Assembly: GCA_951406725.2 (NCBI GenBank) | Contig: OX597829.1 | Location: 21,080,001 to 21,144,000 of the forward strand | Direction: 5' to 3' | DNA from: Octopus vulgaris | Taxonomy: Eukaryota | Length of the DNA: 64,000 bases | Made by a program: the position numbers and the translations under genes | Shown here: piece after piece, positions 40,792-55,605 of the stretch | Numbering within the stretch: the stretch's first letter is position 1 | Layout of the letters: each line of letters starts with the position of its first letter | Notes under the pieces: model-generated | The model's database searches: none | Seen by the model: only the letters and a program-made list of their open reading frames with translations | What the model was told of the DNA's origin: nothing

Positions 40792-41547
40792 CTGGACAAA
40801 TAGAAAAATGAAACAGTATTAAGAAAATCAAATATTTTTGATGGCTGATCAGCAGTTATACATCATAAGTGGTAAAAAAACAAACAAAAAAAAAAATTCT
40901 GCTTTCAGCATCAATTCTTTTTATAAATACTAAATTAACTATTTTCCTACAATTTGCTACTTTTCTTTGAGACAACTGTGTCACTTTAAGATAAATAATA
41001 AAATTGTTAAAGAAACTGGGTGATTTCTCTCATTTATGCAAACATCAACAAAGTTTGTGAATGTATCAGTGTTATTCCTTGATTACTTGAAATTGAAAAT
41101 ATTCAGCATCAATATTCCAAGTTTTTGATGATATCTGACCAGAGATATATGGCAATTAAGATGTTTTTAAAAACACACACACACATATGTATGTATACAG
41201 ACAGATAGATACGTACATATATGTGTGGGTGATATGATACAATATAATATAAAACAATGTTATATATTATCATAAAATATATAAATATAATAATATATAT
41301 CAGTGAAAACATGTGGTCTAGTGGTAAGGCTGTTGCACTCAGTCTCTAGATTGTGGATTTGCTTCCCAGATCAGGTGGCGTGTTGTGTTCTTGCACAAAA
41401 CACTTCACTTCCCATTGCTTCGGTCCCTCTTTCAATCACTGCTTCTAGCCAGTGGGGTGGTGTGGTTCAAAAACTAAAACAATCCAAAGCACATTGTAAC
41501 CAGCAACGTGAAACAACACCTGATAGTCTGGTTGGTCATATGATCAT

Positions 41548-41548
<1 letters not shown>

Positions 41549-41601
<53 letters not shown>

Positions 41602-41642
41602 CATATATATACACATATATATATATACATATATATATACAT

Positions 41643-41688
<46 letters not shown>

Positions 41689-41835
41689 TATATACATACA
41701 TATATACATATATATACATATATATATACGTATATATATATATATATATACGTATATATATAAACATATATATATATACATATATATATATACATATATA
41801 TATATACATATATATGTATATATACATATATATGT

Positions 41836-41871
<36 letters not shown>

Positions 41872-41932
41872 TATATATATATATATATATATACATATAT
41901 ATATACACATATATATATACATATATATATAA

Positions 41933-41963
<31 letters not shown>

Positions 41964-42120
41964 CGTATATATATACTATATATACGTATATATATATACG
42001 TATATATATATACATGTATATATATATATATATATAAATATATATACGTATATATATATACGTATATATATATACGTATATATATATACATATATATATA
42101 TATATTATACATATATATAT

Positions 42121-42154
<34 letters not shown>

Positions 42155-42204
42155 ATATATATATACTATATATATATACGTATATATATATACGTATATA
42201 TATA

Positions 42205-42262
<58 letters not shown>
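41549..42262. repeat. Long degenerate (TA)n microsatellite
   Basis: Direct reading; flanked on both sides by family-C SINEs. Confidence 0.95.
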
Positions 42263-42266
<4 letters not shown>

Positions 42267-43149
42267 GAGGCGCATTGGCCCAGTGGTTAAGGTGGCAGAC
42301 CCACGGTTGTAGGATCACGGTTTCGATTCCCAGACCGGGTGTTGTGAGTGTTTATCGAGCGAAAACACCTAAAGCTCCACGAGGCTCCGGCAGGGGGTGG
42401 TGGTGATCCCTGCTGTATTCTTTCGCCACAACTTTCTCTCATTCTTTCTTCTGTTGGCCTGCTCGCTTAGCCGGCGAGGTGGTGTCATTTGAAGGCTAAA
42501 ACAATGTGAAGCACATTGTGACCAATGATGTGTAGCAACATCTGATAGCCTGGTTGGTCACGGTGATATATAATATATCAGTATAATTGTGTAAAGAAGT
42601 TTGTTTTGCAACTATGTGATATATATGGATGAGAACAACTGTATAAAGAAGTGCCAACCACATAGTGTTCATAGAAAGACATGGGACAAAGTGGTGAAGG
42701 CTGATCCCAGGACCTTGAACTTTATGGAAGGAATGGCAAAGGACCAAAATGATTGGTGATATGTAGTCCTTTAGAAGACCCACCCAAATCAATGAAACTA
42801 AATTCTAGAAGTACTGTGTGTGAGTATAAATATGCACAACTTGGACCTTCACCTAAAATCCTCTTCAAAATATCCCCACCACTGATAATCTCTCTAAATG
42901 TAGCTTTTCATTGAAACAGCTAATCTTTCTTACTTCCTTAAAACATTTCTCTTGATATCCACCCCTCATCCTTACACTGTTCTCTCCACCCACATTTTAC
43001 ATTAATTAAACCAGTGAGCCACCAAATTATCTTTCCTTCACCACTCTACATCTCTCACTCTTCCTACCTAACTCTCCCCATACATCCTGGCAACTTATCC
43101 AATCTCACATCATCTCTCTCTCTCTCTCTCATCCTCCTTCTCACTACTG

Positions 43150-44560
43150 CATCAACATTAAATGCTAAAAATTACAGGCCTATCTCTCTGACTTGACATG
43201 TTAGCAAGGCTATGGAACACATTGTCAGCAGGAGACCGATCATGTTCTTGGAAGAGAATAACTTGCTCTCAAACACATAACAGGGTTTCCACTCAGGGAA
43301 GAGCTGCCTCACACAGCTATTACATTATAGCTGGGCACTGAAATACCAGCTCAACCACTCAAATGTAGATGTGATATAACTCAACTTTGCCAAAGCATTT
43401 GACAAAATTGATCATGGGATGATACATTATAGCTGGGCACTGAAACACCAGCTCAACCACTCAAATGTAGATGTGATATAACTCAACTTTGCCAAAGCCT
43501 TTGACAAAATTGATCATGGGATGATATGTCTCATAAACTACACGATCTTGGTATCACACGAAAAGTGGAAAAGGACAAAAGTCAGACAGTTGCAGCCAAT
43601 GATGCTCTCTCTCTGGGGAGACATCAATCTGCAGTAGTCCACTACTGTTTGTGGTGCATCTCTCAGACATGCCCTCACTTGACACTCTTGCCAAGTACAC
43701 TGATGATTCAAGAATATCACAAGTGGTCAAGGATCTTGATAACATGCTAAAACTACAAATCAACTTGCATGCAATATGCAAATGGACTGACAAAAATAAC
43801 ATGCAATTCAATGCTGAAAAATTTCAAGCACTCCACAATCACCCCACAAACTACAACTGGAATAGAATACATAGGACCAGTGGGGTAGTGCTATCCCAGA
43901 ATTAGAATCAGTGCACGACCTGGGAATCCACATGAATAATGATGCAGCATTCCATGTGCACATTATCAAGACAGCAACACTCTGCAGGTGAGTAGCTGAA
44001 TGGACTCAGATCATTCAGAACCAGAAATAAGGGTACCTTGCTATTCCTATGGAGAACTTTTGTTCTCAGTCATCAGGATTAATGTTCCCAACTGTGATTG
44101 CAACAAATTGTCAAATCTGTGTTGGGACTTGAGGAACTACTGGAGAGGCAAAAAGAACTTGAGGAGCTAGTGGGAGAGGCTAAAAGATATGCAGAAATAT
44201 ACATATGGAAGATCCAGGAATCTTTAGTTCCAAACTTTGGAATTAAAAGCTATACAAACCACCAAACTGGATGGCACTGCATAACACCAAAGATCTTGTC
44301 TTCTCCATCTCAAAAAAAATACCCAGTACTGCAACAGCTTGGGTTTCAGAGGACCACACATATTCAACATCCTGACAAACAACCTCAGAGATTTGTGAGG
44401 CGTAGATGTAGAGACCTTCAAATAACCCCAGATGAAACACCATCACAGCAGGAGGTACAAAGAAGAGTGGCTTTGTCCAACTCACTTCATCACCAAAAAT
44501 GGTACAGAAAGGAGACCCAAACACACTGAAAGTCAGTGCTTCAGCATGGTCCCAGAATTT
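43150..44560 (+). mobile_element. CR1/L2-type LINE RT fragment with internal 102-bp tandem duplication
   Basis: NYRPISLT, FAKAFDKIDHG (twice, 43321-43524), YTDDS, NNMQFNAEKF. Confidence 0.85.
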
Positions 44561-44608
44561 GGGTGAAATCAGTAAAAAAGAGAAACATATGTAACAGACA
44601 CACACACT

Positions 44609-44652
<44 letters not shown>

Positions 44653-45210
44653 TATAATATCTAATATAATATCTATATGTATATATTTATCATATATATC
44701 TAATATATATATATATATATATATATCTAATATAATATATATATTTTCCTCTCTTCTTGCAAACACAAATCTTAAAAACCATTCAAAACTTCTAAATTTC
44801 TCCAATGGCCAATTATGATAACCACCTTCTTCCTTCCTATTTTTAAAAATATATATAGATATAAGCAACTTCCTCACACACAGCTAACATTGTAAATTCC
44901 CCAACAACATTCATCTACACTCACTACAATTATCTACAATTATTTTCATAGATATCCAGAAAAAAATTCTACCTAGCTGACATATGGGACAGATGATTTG
45001 TATATAACATGCCTGTTTAGTGGTTTATATACATCTCTCCACATTGCATTTATATGTGTATGTATGTTAACAGTCTCCTGAATATACACACATGACTGTG
45101 CACACATTATGATGAGCAATGCTAATACATGCTTGGGCACTGAAAGTATGCATACATGCATATATATATATAAATAATATATATGCATGTATATATAATA
45201 TATATATGCA

Positions 45211-45265
<55 letters not shown>

Positions 45266-45309
45266 TATATATGCATGTATATATATATAATATATATATG
45301 CATGTACAT

Positions 45310-45355
<46 letters not shown>

Positions 45356-45395
45356 CATATGTATATATATATATAATATATATACATACATATAC

Positions 45396-45442
<47 letters not shown>

Positions 45443-45531
45443 GCATGTGTATGTATATATATATGCATGTATATATATACATATATATATATGCATGTAT
45501 ATATATATATATATACATATATTTATGCATG

Positions 45532-45573
<42 letters not shown>

Positions 45574-45637
45574 TATGCATGTATATATATATATACATAC
45601 ACATTTATATATATATATGTATGTATTTGCCTGTTTT

Positions 45638-45674
<37 letters not shown>

Positions 45675-45677
<3 letters not shown>

Positions 45678-46049
45678 TCAAAGTGAGTTATCTACAGTAG
45701 CGGTAACACATCGTGACGTATATTTACCATTTCAATATGGCTAACCCCGAAGGGTGGATGCTACTGTAGTTTTTAGCCCCAGGAGGACACACTCCTCCAG
45801 CTGGCCATAGACACACTTTCTGTGTCCTGTCAGTATTTGTCACACGCTGACGAGAGGTCAATACCTCGAAACTCGAGTCCGTGTGTATCATAAGTTGAAG
45901 ACGGGAAGGATGACTTCCCTTTGCAAATACTGACAGGACACAGAAAGTGTGTCTATGGCCAGCTGGAGGAGTGTGTCCTCCTGGGGCTAAAAACTACAGT
46001 AGCATCCACCCTTCGGGGTTAGCCATATTGAAATGGCAAATATATGTCA

Positions 46050-46053
<4 letters not shown>
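45675..46053. mobile_element. Fold-back element in (TA)n with a hammerhead in the spacer
   Basis: Near-identical ~130-bp inverted arms 45710-45839 and 45924-46053, TA runs on both flanks. Confidence 0.88.
45841..45885 (+). ncRNA. Minimal type I hammerhead ribozyme
   Basis: CACACG-CTGACGA-GAGGT-CAAT-ACCTC-GAAAC-TCGA-GTC-CGTGTG; stems I and II perfect, palindromic stem III. Confidence 0.93.
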
Positions 46054-46096
<43 letters not shown>

Positions 46097-46302
46097 GTTG
46101 AAATTTATAGAAAAACAAAAGATGAACACATGTGCGTGAACAACAAACAAGTGTATTAGTTTGACACTCAGGGAAAATAAAAAAGTCTTTTACACTTCCA
46201 GCCTACGCTCTTCAACAGAAAGGAATGAGAGAAAATAAACAGAGAGAGAATGAAAAAAAACTTGTAGATTTAGCAGTCAAGCATGGTGAATATATATATA
46301 TA

Positions 46303-46860
46303 TTCAGACATGTTTGTTATTGATGAATAAAAGTGTTACATCATGCAAAAAAAAAAACTGTTTCCATCAAATGAATACAGGTAAGAATTAACAATAAGAA
46401 CTTCTTGCAAAACAATACACAGGTCAGCCAAGTCATCTGGTACTATGTACTGTTTTCCAAGAAATTCTCATTATCAATTCTTACCTCTGTTCATCTGATG
46501 CAAACAGTATTTTTGCATGATGTAACACATTTGTTTATCAATAAAGAACACATCTGAAACAGCTGTAGGGAACTGCAACCCATCTGGGTTATTATTTATT
46601 CTTCACCTAACTCGGAACCTTCCATATGTTAGGATCTGGAGTCTATAGCTAAAGTGGAATATGTGCAGTGACTGTACTCCTATATGACTGATAGCACATA
46701 ATAGTATTCAGTCAGTTACTTGTGGATGTATGCATAACTGGGAGGGCAAACCCATGTTTACTTTACTAAGTAGATTGTAAGTACAAAGGTGCGCTATCCC
46801 TGACCCTACCTTGGCCCTTTTACTTCTTAAATACCCAATTCTTTTGAGTCTTGAAAATTT
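46303..46860. mobile_element. Diverged fold-back element between TA runs, with hammerhead remnant 46489-46573
   Basis: Arms ~46303-46420 and 46450-46558; GTTCAT-CTGATGC...GAAAC-AGCT-GTA-GGGAAC. Confidence 0.6.
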
Positions 46861-47023
46861 ATATATATATATATGTATGTATGCAGTATCCTTAAATCCT
46901 TAAAAATGCTTAAGCCTGAAGGCCGCGGCCATGCTGGGGCACCACATGTTTACACATATTTTGCAGCCATTTATATGTATGCTTCCCTTGTTGGAGTTTT
47001 GGAGTTTTCTAGTTTTCTAGTTT

Positions 47024-47054
<31 letters not shown>

Positions 47055-47453
47055 GGGTATTCAGCCTATGATAACGTCATGAGTTTGATTCCTGGTGGTG
47101 CACTGTCCTTGAGCAAGACACTTTACTCTCACTTTGCTCCAGTCCACTCAGCTGGTAAAAATGAGTCGTACCTGTAATTCAAAAGGGTCATCCTTGTCAC
47201 ATTCTGTGTCACACTGAATCTCCCCGAGAACTACATTAAGGGTATACATGTCTGTGGAACTCTCAGCCACTCACACAGTAATTTCATGACAGGGCTGTTC
47301 TGTTGATTGGATCAACTGGAACACTCGTTGTTGTAACTGGTGGAGTTCCAATAATATATGCATATGTTAATGGAGGTACATGCTGTTTATATACCAATCT
47401 ATGGATGTGCATGAGTGTAAATGTGCAGTTTCAGTTATCTATCTATTCAAATA

Positions 47454-47487
<34 letters not shown>

Positions 47488-47519
47488 AATATATCTGTCT
47501 ATCTATGTGCATATATATG

Positions 47520-47578
<59 letters not shown>

Positions 47579-47611
47579 CAAAGTTGTAAGATACTGCATT
47601 TTCAAACCTTC

Positions 47612-47646
<35 letters not shown>

Positions 47647-47839
47647 TAGATAGATATTATAAATGTAGTGCTGTAGCTTAGCTTGAATAATGATGGTTAA
47701 AATAAATAGTAACATATTAAGTGTTTTTTTATTTATATTCCTGAGCGCCATACTAATACAATTGTTTGTTTGTATTCCACCTGCTTTCGTCTTTTGTCTA
47801 TTTTCATAAAGCTTCCCGTTATATATATATACATATATG

Positions 47840-47940
<101 letters not shown>

Positions 47941-48112
47941 ATGTCTGTATATATATGCATCTGTATACATATGGACACAAATTATATTGCTTTCATGCAT
48001 ATGCAAGATACATGTATTTGCATATGTACACACAATTTCATACTGCAGTTCAGAACAAAAATTATTGATAATGCAAACATGGTACCCATGAACAGAAGTA
48101 AAATTAGTAGTC

Positions 48113-48143
<31 letters not shown>

Positions 48144-48946
48144 TAACAATTACAACATCAACTACAACAACAGTTCTTTTAATGTACATAATCATACAGA
48201 AAATTAATTAGCAGACATTTAAATAGTTAGATTATGTGAATGCTAATTTTAGAACTGGCTTAGTAACTATAGTAACCATAGTGATTTTATTTGCTGGATA
48301 TCATTAACTTTGTAGATTATTTTTCAACTGATAAGATGAGCATTATATAATTCAAGGGCTATAACCTATAAATGCCTTCTCATTTCCAGTTAACTGTGTT
48401 GCCAATAGAAACTTCTATAAGGTTGCTTGGTCTACTAGAAATAGCAGTCACATATTCAATAATAATACTATAACATCTTAAGAGAAAGAAAGGCTATACT
48501 GGACAATTGTCCTAGACAGAGTGTGCATGTCTGGCACAAAAAATAAAGAAACAAAGAAAAAGAAAAAAAGGATGGTTATAACTGTATAAATGTTTTGATC
48601 TTAATAGTCTTCATCAATTTTGGAATAGGGGCTAAATAACTCAGGGGTTTGTAGTGTTACAGTTTTGATGTTCCTTCATTTACAGGCTTAACTTTCTAGC
48701 CTTACTTTGCTTCTTTATTCACTTTGTTTTGAATTAACTATGCATTATCTTGTAGCTATAATATTTCTACATTATCTTGTAGCTTCAACAATTTCCATTG
48801 TTCATTTTTAGGATGCTATTGTAGGCCACCTTTTATATAAAACAGGTAGAATATTTGGGCCTGGTATAGTCAGTTTAAATTCTATATTAATTTATTGAAG
48901 GCTGTTTTTCAGTTCTCTGTTCTGGGGATTTATGCTGCATTTATTA

Positions 48947-48999
<53 letters not shown>

Positions 49000-50604
49000 G
49001 TTATTGTTGTTATTGTTGTTGTTGTTGCTTTTATACTGCACTTAAACTGGTCTTAGGAAATGAATGGAAACCATCACTGCTCATGTTTGCCTCAAGTCAT
49101 TAGGACTGAGTACCGTTTAATAATGAAAATCTGAGTAAACAAGTTATTACTCAAAAGCAAAGAATATTTATTCTTAATTCATTACCGGCATTTTATAAAA
49201 ATTTTCTTATTAAAATATGTAATTTTTAATAAGAAGTACACTAGCTAACAAATCTCCCTGAACAAAATCTTTTAATACTCTTTATTGTGAAAAATAAATG
49301 AGTTCAGTATAGGATTTTAGGACATTACAGCAGAATACAAATGAAATAGTTATATAGGAGAAAATTGCTCAACTAAACATGCTGAGATATCTTATATTTG
49401 TCCAGTCTGCAATATACAAATTTATTGAAGCAATACTTTCTTCCCTGCTCAATAAACGTTCTGTTAATAAAAATAAATAATTAATGTTTGCAGTTTTTGT
49501 TGTTCCCAGCTTAATAATCTATATTATTTATTGTTGCGGAAAAAACAAAAAAACCAATACACAGATATGCTGACAGATTAAAAGGGTTATAAGACTACTC
49601 CTAAAGTTAAGCATTCAAATCTCACTGCTGCAAACATTGTATTATGTTCAAGGATAAAATGTACATGATTCTGCTTGTTTCTTGCCTTAGTCTAGTTCTC
49701 ATGAGAATAGCTTTTATTCTCAATATCTGAAACAATGGTAGATGGCAACAGAGTCAAATACTAAAAATAAGGAATTGCAAATATTTTATGAATCTAAAAA
49801 AAGACAAAAATACCCCAATCCATGCCAGTAGAGAAAAATGTTATTACTTTTAATTATATTGCATCATTTTGATAGTTAAGTGTATGTTTTTTGGCTAAGC
49901 TAGAACAATGTATATGAACTTATGCAGTGTTTAATGTATGGTAAGTACCATTTTAATGAGTTGTATTATTATTTGATAGTAAAGGACCTCTCTGAGAGGA
50001 AATTAAATCATCTAATTTTAAAAAGAATAAAGAATGAAAAATAAAAGCACACTAACAAAATTTACCATATTTCAACAAAACTTAATGAACTGAGACAAAT
50101 TGATTATGTTGCATATGGTATTGTGGGGGTTAATTTTCAGTTAGTAGCTTTGGAATTTATGCAATGAAATTTCCATGCAAACAAATATTAAGGAAAAATA
50201 AATCTGCATAAGTGGCAAATCTAAAGCAAACAAAGCAAACAGGTAAAATAAAAAAAAAACAAAAAAAACACAGCAAAAACAAATCAAACAAAATACGAAG
50301 TACTCAAAAAAAAAAAAACAAAAAAAAAAAACAATGCATGTAAAATATATAATTAGAAAAATAAATAAAAACAAAAATAACAATAAAAACTACACCAGCA
50401 GGATATCAATCATTCTGAAGTAGAGAGGCAAAGATTATGAGACAGTTTAAGATGGTGAGAAAGAGTATAAGAAAGTGAGTGAGAGAGAGAAAGAGAGAGA
50501 CAGAGAGAGAGAGAGAGAATGGTTTTCAAGAGTTTGTCCAATTACTTAAATTTGACAACTGTCAAATATAAAATGCTTTAGGAAATTATATATATATATA
50601 TAAA

Positions 50605-50635
<31 letters not shown>

Positions 50636-51109
50636 CATACATATATGTATGACCATAGGTATGAATGAAATGTAGGTATTCACACAAATGAAAACAGAGT
50701 AAACCAGATGTAGTGTAGAGTGAAATATATTAATATAGTACATTAAAGATAATATAGCATAGTTTTGAGTTTCATACTTAGATAGAAACTAAGCAATCTT
50801 CAGACAATGAAACAAAACCATTTCTAGAATAACCAATATGCAAAACCTTCCAGTCTTGACTGCAAAGTCGAGAAAGTTGTAAGGATCCTAACTTATTACA
50901 TATGAATATTAGTCAGCTGGAATTATTTCTGTTGGGAATATGGAGATATAAGATATAAAGTATAACAAAACTTTAAAAAAAATGACTAAAAACATAAATG
51001 AAGAAAAACAAAAGGAAGATGTAATTAAAATAGTATGGGAATTTTTTTTTAGAAATGTAGAGTTGCAAAAGGCATAGGGAGTTCAAGAAGTGAATTACTG
51101 GGTTAAAAC

Positions 51110-51235
<126 letters not shown>

Positions 51236-51428
51236 CTCTGATCTTTACAGTTTTGTAAGAGACAATGGGTTAAAATATTGAAGTGTAAATTTATTAGATA
51301 AAGTGAGTACATCACTTTATGTATAGATTTACTTTCCACCATGCCTATGAACTTTAATATATACTATGTTAAAGTTCAAAGGTGACTTCTGCTTGACATA
51401 ACTGTTTCAGCATTATATGACATATAAA

Positions 51429-51470
<42 letters not shown>

Positions 51471-52469
51471 TTCAGCAGGTACAGTTAATTTCAATAGCAT
51501 ATTTAAGTACTAATAGTGCAAGTATATTTCAATTCAAGATTATTTCTACTGAATAGTTTTTCCAGTAATGGCAGTTAATAGAGAAATATTTAACCAATAA
51601 GTTTGCAAAGTTCTTGCAATATTAGACTTAACTCATCTAAGCATTAATATGAAATGAATTATGCTCCTACTAAAAAATTTGATGAAGTACAGACAAGAAT
51701 CTTTTGCATATATGTTCTTGATGCTGCAGAAAGCATGTTTTATTTAACATCTGAAGATTGTTAAGTTTTTTTTTTTTAATTACATACGAAACTTTTTCAA
51801 TGTATCATCTTTAACAGTCTATATTATATGTGAGTGTGTATGTATATGCATACATGTGTGTGTGTATTATATTTGAAACAATGGCTTTAAATACAGTTCT
51901 ATGGTGGTAGAAAAATGTGGAGTAATGGCATGAAGGTATAATAAAACCAGAAATGGTAGTATTCAGTCAATCCCCCTTTTCTGATCCATGTGGAGGTTAT
52001 TTATAAAAAGAGAAACATATGCTACTGTTTTGTGTACCAAGTAAATTAATTAATTTATGAATACTGCAGTGCTAAAAACCTATGGATATTCTCCACAGCA
52101 AATTTTAGTATGGTATATATATACATCTACATATTTATATACACATGTACACATACACATGTATGTATATATATGTATGTACACACACACACACATCATC
52201 ATCATCATCACCCTCATTTAATGTCTGCTTTCCATGCTGGCATGTGTTGGACAATTTGACTGAGGACTGGTGAACCAGATGGCTGCACCAGGCTCCAATC
52301 TTGATCTGGCAGAGTTTCTACAGCTGGATGCCCTTCCTAATGCCAACCACTCCGAGGGTGTAGTGGGTGCTTTTATGTGCCACCGGAATAAAGGCCAGTC
52401 AGATGATACTGGCAACGACCATGCTCAAATGGCGTTTTTTACGTGCCACCGGCATGGAGGCCGCAGATA

Positions 52470-52848
52470 TATATTAGAATCGGGTACTTGAAAAGATATG
52501 CACCAGGTAGAGTTGGATAAATCTCTGGTTCCGGTCTATGGTTGATAAGTATCAAATAGGATATTCCGGTTGTGTACACTGAGAAAACCCACCCTATGAG
52601 TATTTAGCACCTAGGGGCTGGTCCAAAGCATGTGTTACATTGAATTGTTCATTGTTGGTATCCTCTAGGGTGTCCAACAAGTTGTAAATCCCCTTGCTGA
52701 GTTATAATCAAATGAATAGTAACAGATGATGGATAATCGTCGGTTCGTTACAGCTGTTTCTAAAGCATTTTAAAAATAAAAATGCATAAGAAACAGCCGT
52801 AATGACTAGACAATTATCCATCATCTGTTATTATTCATGTGATTTTAT
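52470..52848. mobile_element. Fold-back element with hammerhead 3' halves (GAAACAGCYGTA) at the inner end of both arms
   Basis: Arms 52704-52761 and 52789-52848. Confidence 0.62.
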
Positions 52849-53068
52849 ACACATACATACACATTTCCATGAGTTCACCAGTGTGTATAAGTGACAACAG
52901 TGGTTTTGAGTTGTTTTAACTCTTATGTCTAGCAATGTTGGTATTATCTGGTACCATTGATTATAAATTAATAATTTTACCTTTATGGTTATTTTTATGC
53001 GTGTTAGCCACTTATATTATCATTATTTATTAATAATATCTTTATGTATTAACTTATATATGTATAGA

Positions 53069-53127
<59 letters not shown>

Positions 53128-53899
53128 GGCAGTGGTAGACCCAGGAAGACCTGGGATGAAGTGATGAAGCATGAACTCCGAAAATTAGGCCTCACCAAGG
53201 CAATGACTAGTGACAGAGACCTTTGGAAATATGCTGTGCTTGAGAAGACCCGGCAAGCCAAGGGAGACCATAACCTGTGACCTATACCAGTAGTGTAACC
53301 AGCCCATTTATGTGTACCCTTCCTTCATTGGACACTAAATTCTGCTTGCAAAGACCTGTTGAGACAAGTGAAATTGAAATCAAATTTGATGATAGCACTG
53401 CATGACTGGCATCCATGCCAGTGGAGCGCTAAGAGCACCATCTGAGCATGATTGTTGCTAGGGCCGCTGACTGGCTCCTGTGCCGGTGGCATGTAAAAAA
53501 CCCCATTTGAACGTGATTGTTACCAGCATCACCTTACTGGCACTTGTGCTGGTGGCATGTGAAAAACATTTGAGCGAGGTCTTTGCCAGTGTTGCTGAAC
53601 TGGCTCCTGTGCAGGTGGCATGTAAAAACACCATTTGAGCGTGGTCGTTGCTTTTTACGTGCTACCAGCATGGGTGGGTGGGTGGTCAGTCAGGTGACAC
53701 TGGCATCGACCATGCTTGAATGGTGCTTTTTATGTGCCACTGGCATGGGAGCCATTTTCCAATCTGGCATATGTTTGACAAGAGCTGGCCAGCTGAAGGG
53801 CTTTCCAGGCTCCCTTTGTCTGTTTTGGGCATGGCTTCTATAGCTGGGTGCCCTTCCTAATGCCAATGAAAATATATACTTATAAAGTGTTTATCCACA

Positions 53900-54530
53900 A
53901 ACCTACAGAAGATCTTACTCACACACAAAGTTTTCAGAAAGTGTTCTGGTTCACAGTACACTTCACCCTAACATAGTGCATAAATATTGTTCTCATACAA
54001 ATAAGTTCCATAAAGTATTTAATAGACAGAATTTTTGTTGTGCATCCAGTTTAAAGAAAATAGTGGTACGTAGGCCCACACCTGAGACAGACACAGGATG
54101 CACATGCAGAGGAAATATCATATGTCCCTTAAAGGCCAATGCAACACAGAAATCATCATAAATGAGACAGAGGTGATGGATCCCAGTGAAGAGTTAAATG
54201 TGTAGTATTTTGTGGATATGACAGAAGGGCCTGTCAGAACCAGAATTAACAACCATAAGTCCTCCTATAATATTTAGGGGAGACAATGTCACAGCCTTCA
54301 CCAGGCATGTATGGTTACTGAATAAAAGCTCCATGGATTACAATATCAAGTGGAGAATCCTGGAGAGGTACAGTATTATTTTAACAGTTTTAACAGTAGC
54401 AGAAAGTGCAGGCTATGCTAAGCCAAGAAAAGAATTATGTTAAAAACTCTTTTCAGCAGGGCACCTACTTAAACTGCAGGAGTGAAATTTTCCACTTGTG
54501 CCTACAGATAACAAGGTAGCAATTGCTTAA
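53900..54530 (+). mobile_element. Decayed Penelope-like element, C-terminal GIY-YIG endonuclease region
   Basis: Frameshifted peptides in order: HKVFNRQ, CTCRGNIICPLKAN, YFVDMTEGPVRTRINNHKSSY, TAFTRHVWLLNK..YNIKWRILE, RKCRLC, CRSEIF. This is the motif order of PLE endonucleases. Confidence 0.8.
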
Positions 54531-55605
54531 CTATAGACTCCACAATGATTATATATGCTAGGGCCTCCACTGTTGGTCCTTTCACCATGACAATCTGAGA
54601 GCTCTGCAAAATTTTGACCAAACCATATGCTTACAGACACATATGCACCCACACACAAGACCAAAGGTTTTGGCATCTGCCCAATCTCCCACCAATAAAA
54701 GACTTGCCATACATTCATATCAACCCCAAAGTACCTTAGGTAGCTCAATCAGGCTTTTGAGAAGTAAGGGATATAACTCTTGATGAAACTCTCTCTTAAT
54801 TGTCTCCCACAAATTCTTTTTTAGAGCACCCCTAAACCTAATGTAATACTTTCTCACCTCCAGTAACAAAGTGCAGTCTTTTTTTTCCATACCTTCCATC
54901 TCTGACAAGCATAGTTATTAGATAATTGTCCAATTACCTAATATCTAGTGTGAAACTACTTAGTACAAATGGCTGTAATGAATCTATAATACTGTACATT
55001 TTGATTAATTTATATTAATTTATATTCATGATCACCTCCTTCAATGCCTCTTCTTAGAAATTTTTTTTTGTCTTGCCAGTACTTGGTGACCTTTGTAGTG
55101 CAGGTGCCACTTAAAAGCACCCAGTCTACACTGTAAAGTGGTTGGTGTTTAGAAGTGCATCCAGCTGTAAAAACCTTGCCAAAACTGACCTTGCCTGTAC
55201 TTGTACCATGTAAAAAGCACTAAGCCTACTCTGCTGTGTGGTTGATGTCAGGAAGGGCATCCAGCTGTAAAAATCCTGCCAAAACAAACACAGAAGCCTG
55301 GTGCAGGCTTCAGCCTGGCCGCCTCTTGTGGTACCGCCCCACACATGCTAGCATGGAAGACTGACGTTAAACGATGATGATGATGATGATGATGATATCT
55401 ATATATATATCATTGTGGCTATCCCTTGAAGTCAAGGATGATGGTCTTTTTTATATCATTGATGGATCTTGTGGTGACTTATGAGTACAGGAAACTCTTT
55501 TCACAAGTGGGACAGGTGGTTATGGATGGATGGTCCCTTCTTGGTTCAACTTCTCTGCATTCCCTCAGCCCTTCTTGCTTGGCAGTCCTACTGGTCTCAA
55601 AAGTT

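Noticed and set aside
44650-45145. Second Penelope relic (RKLLISIYI peptide, ATGATGA...GAAA motif)
   Set aside because: Too degenerate to support from sequence alone.
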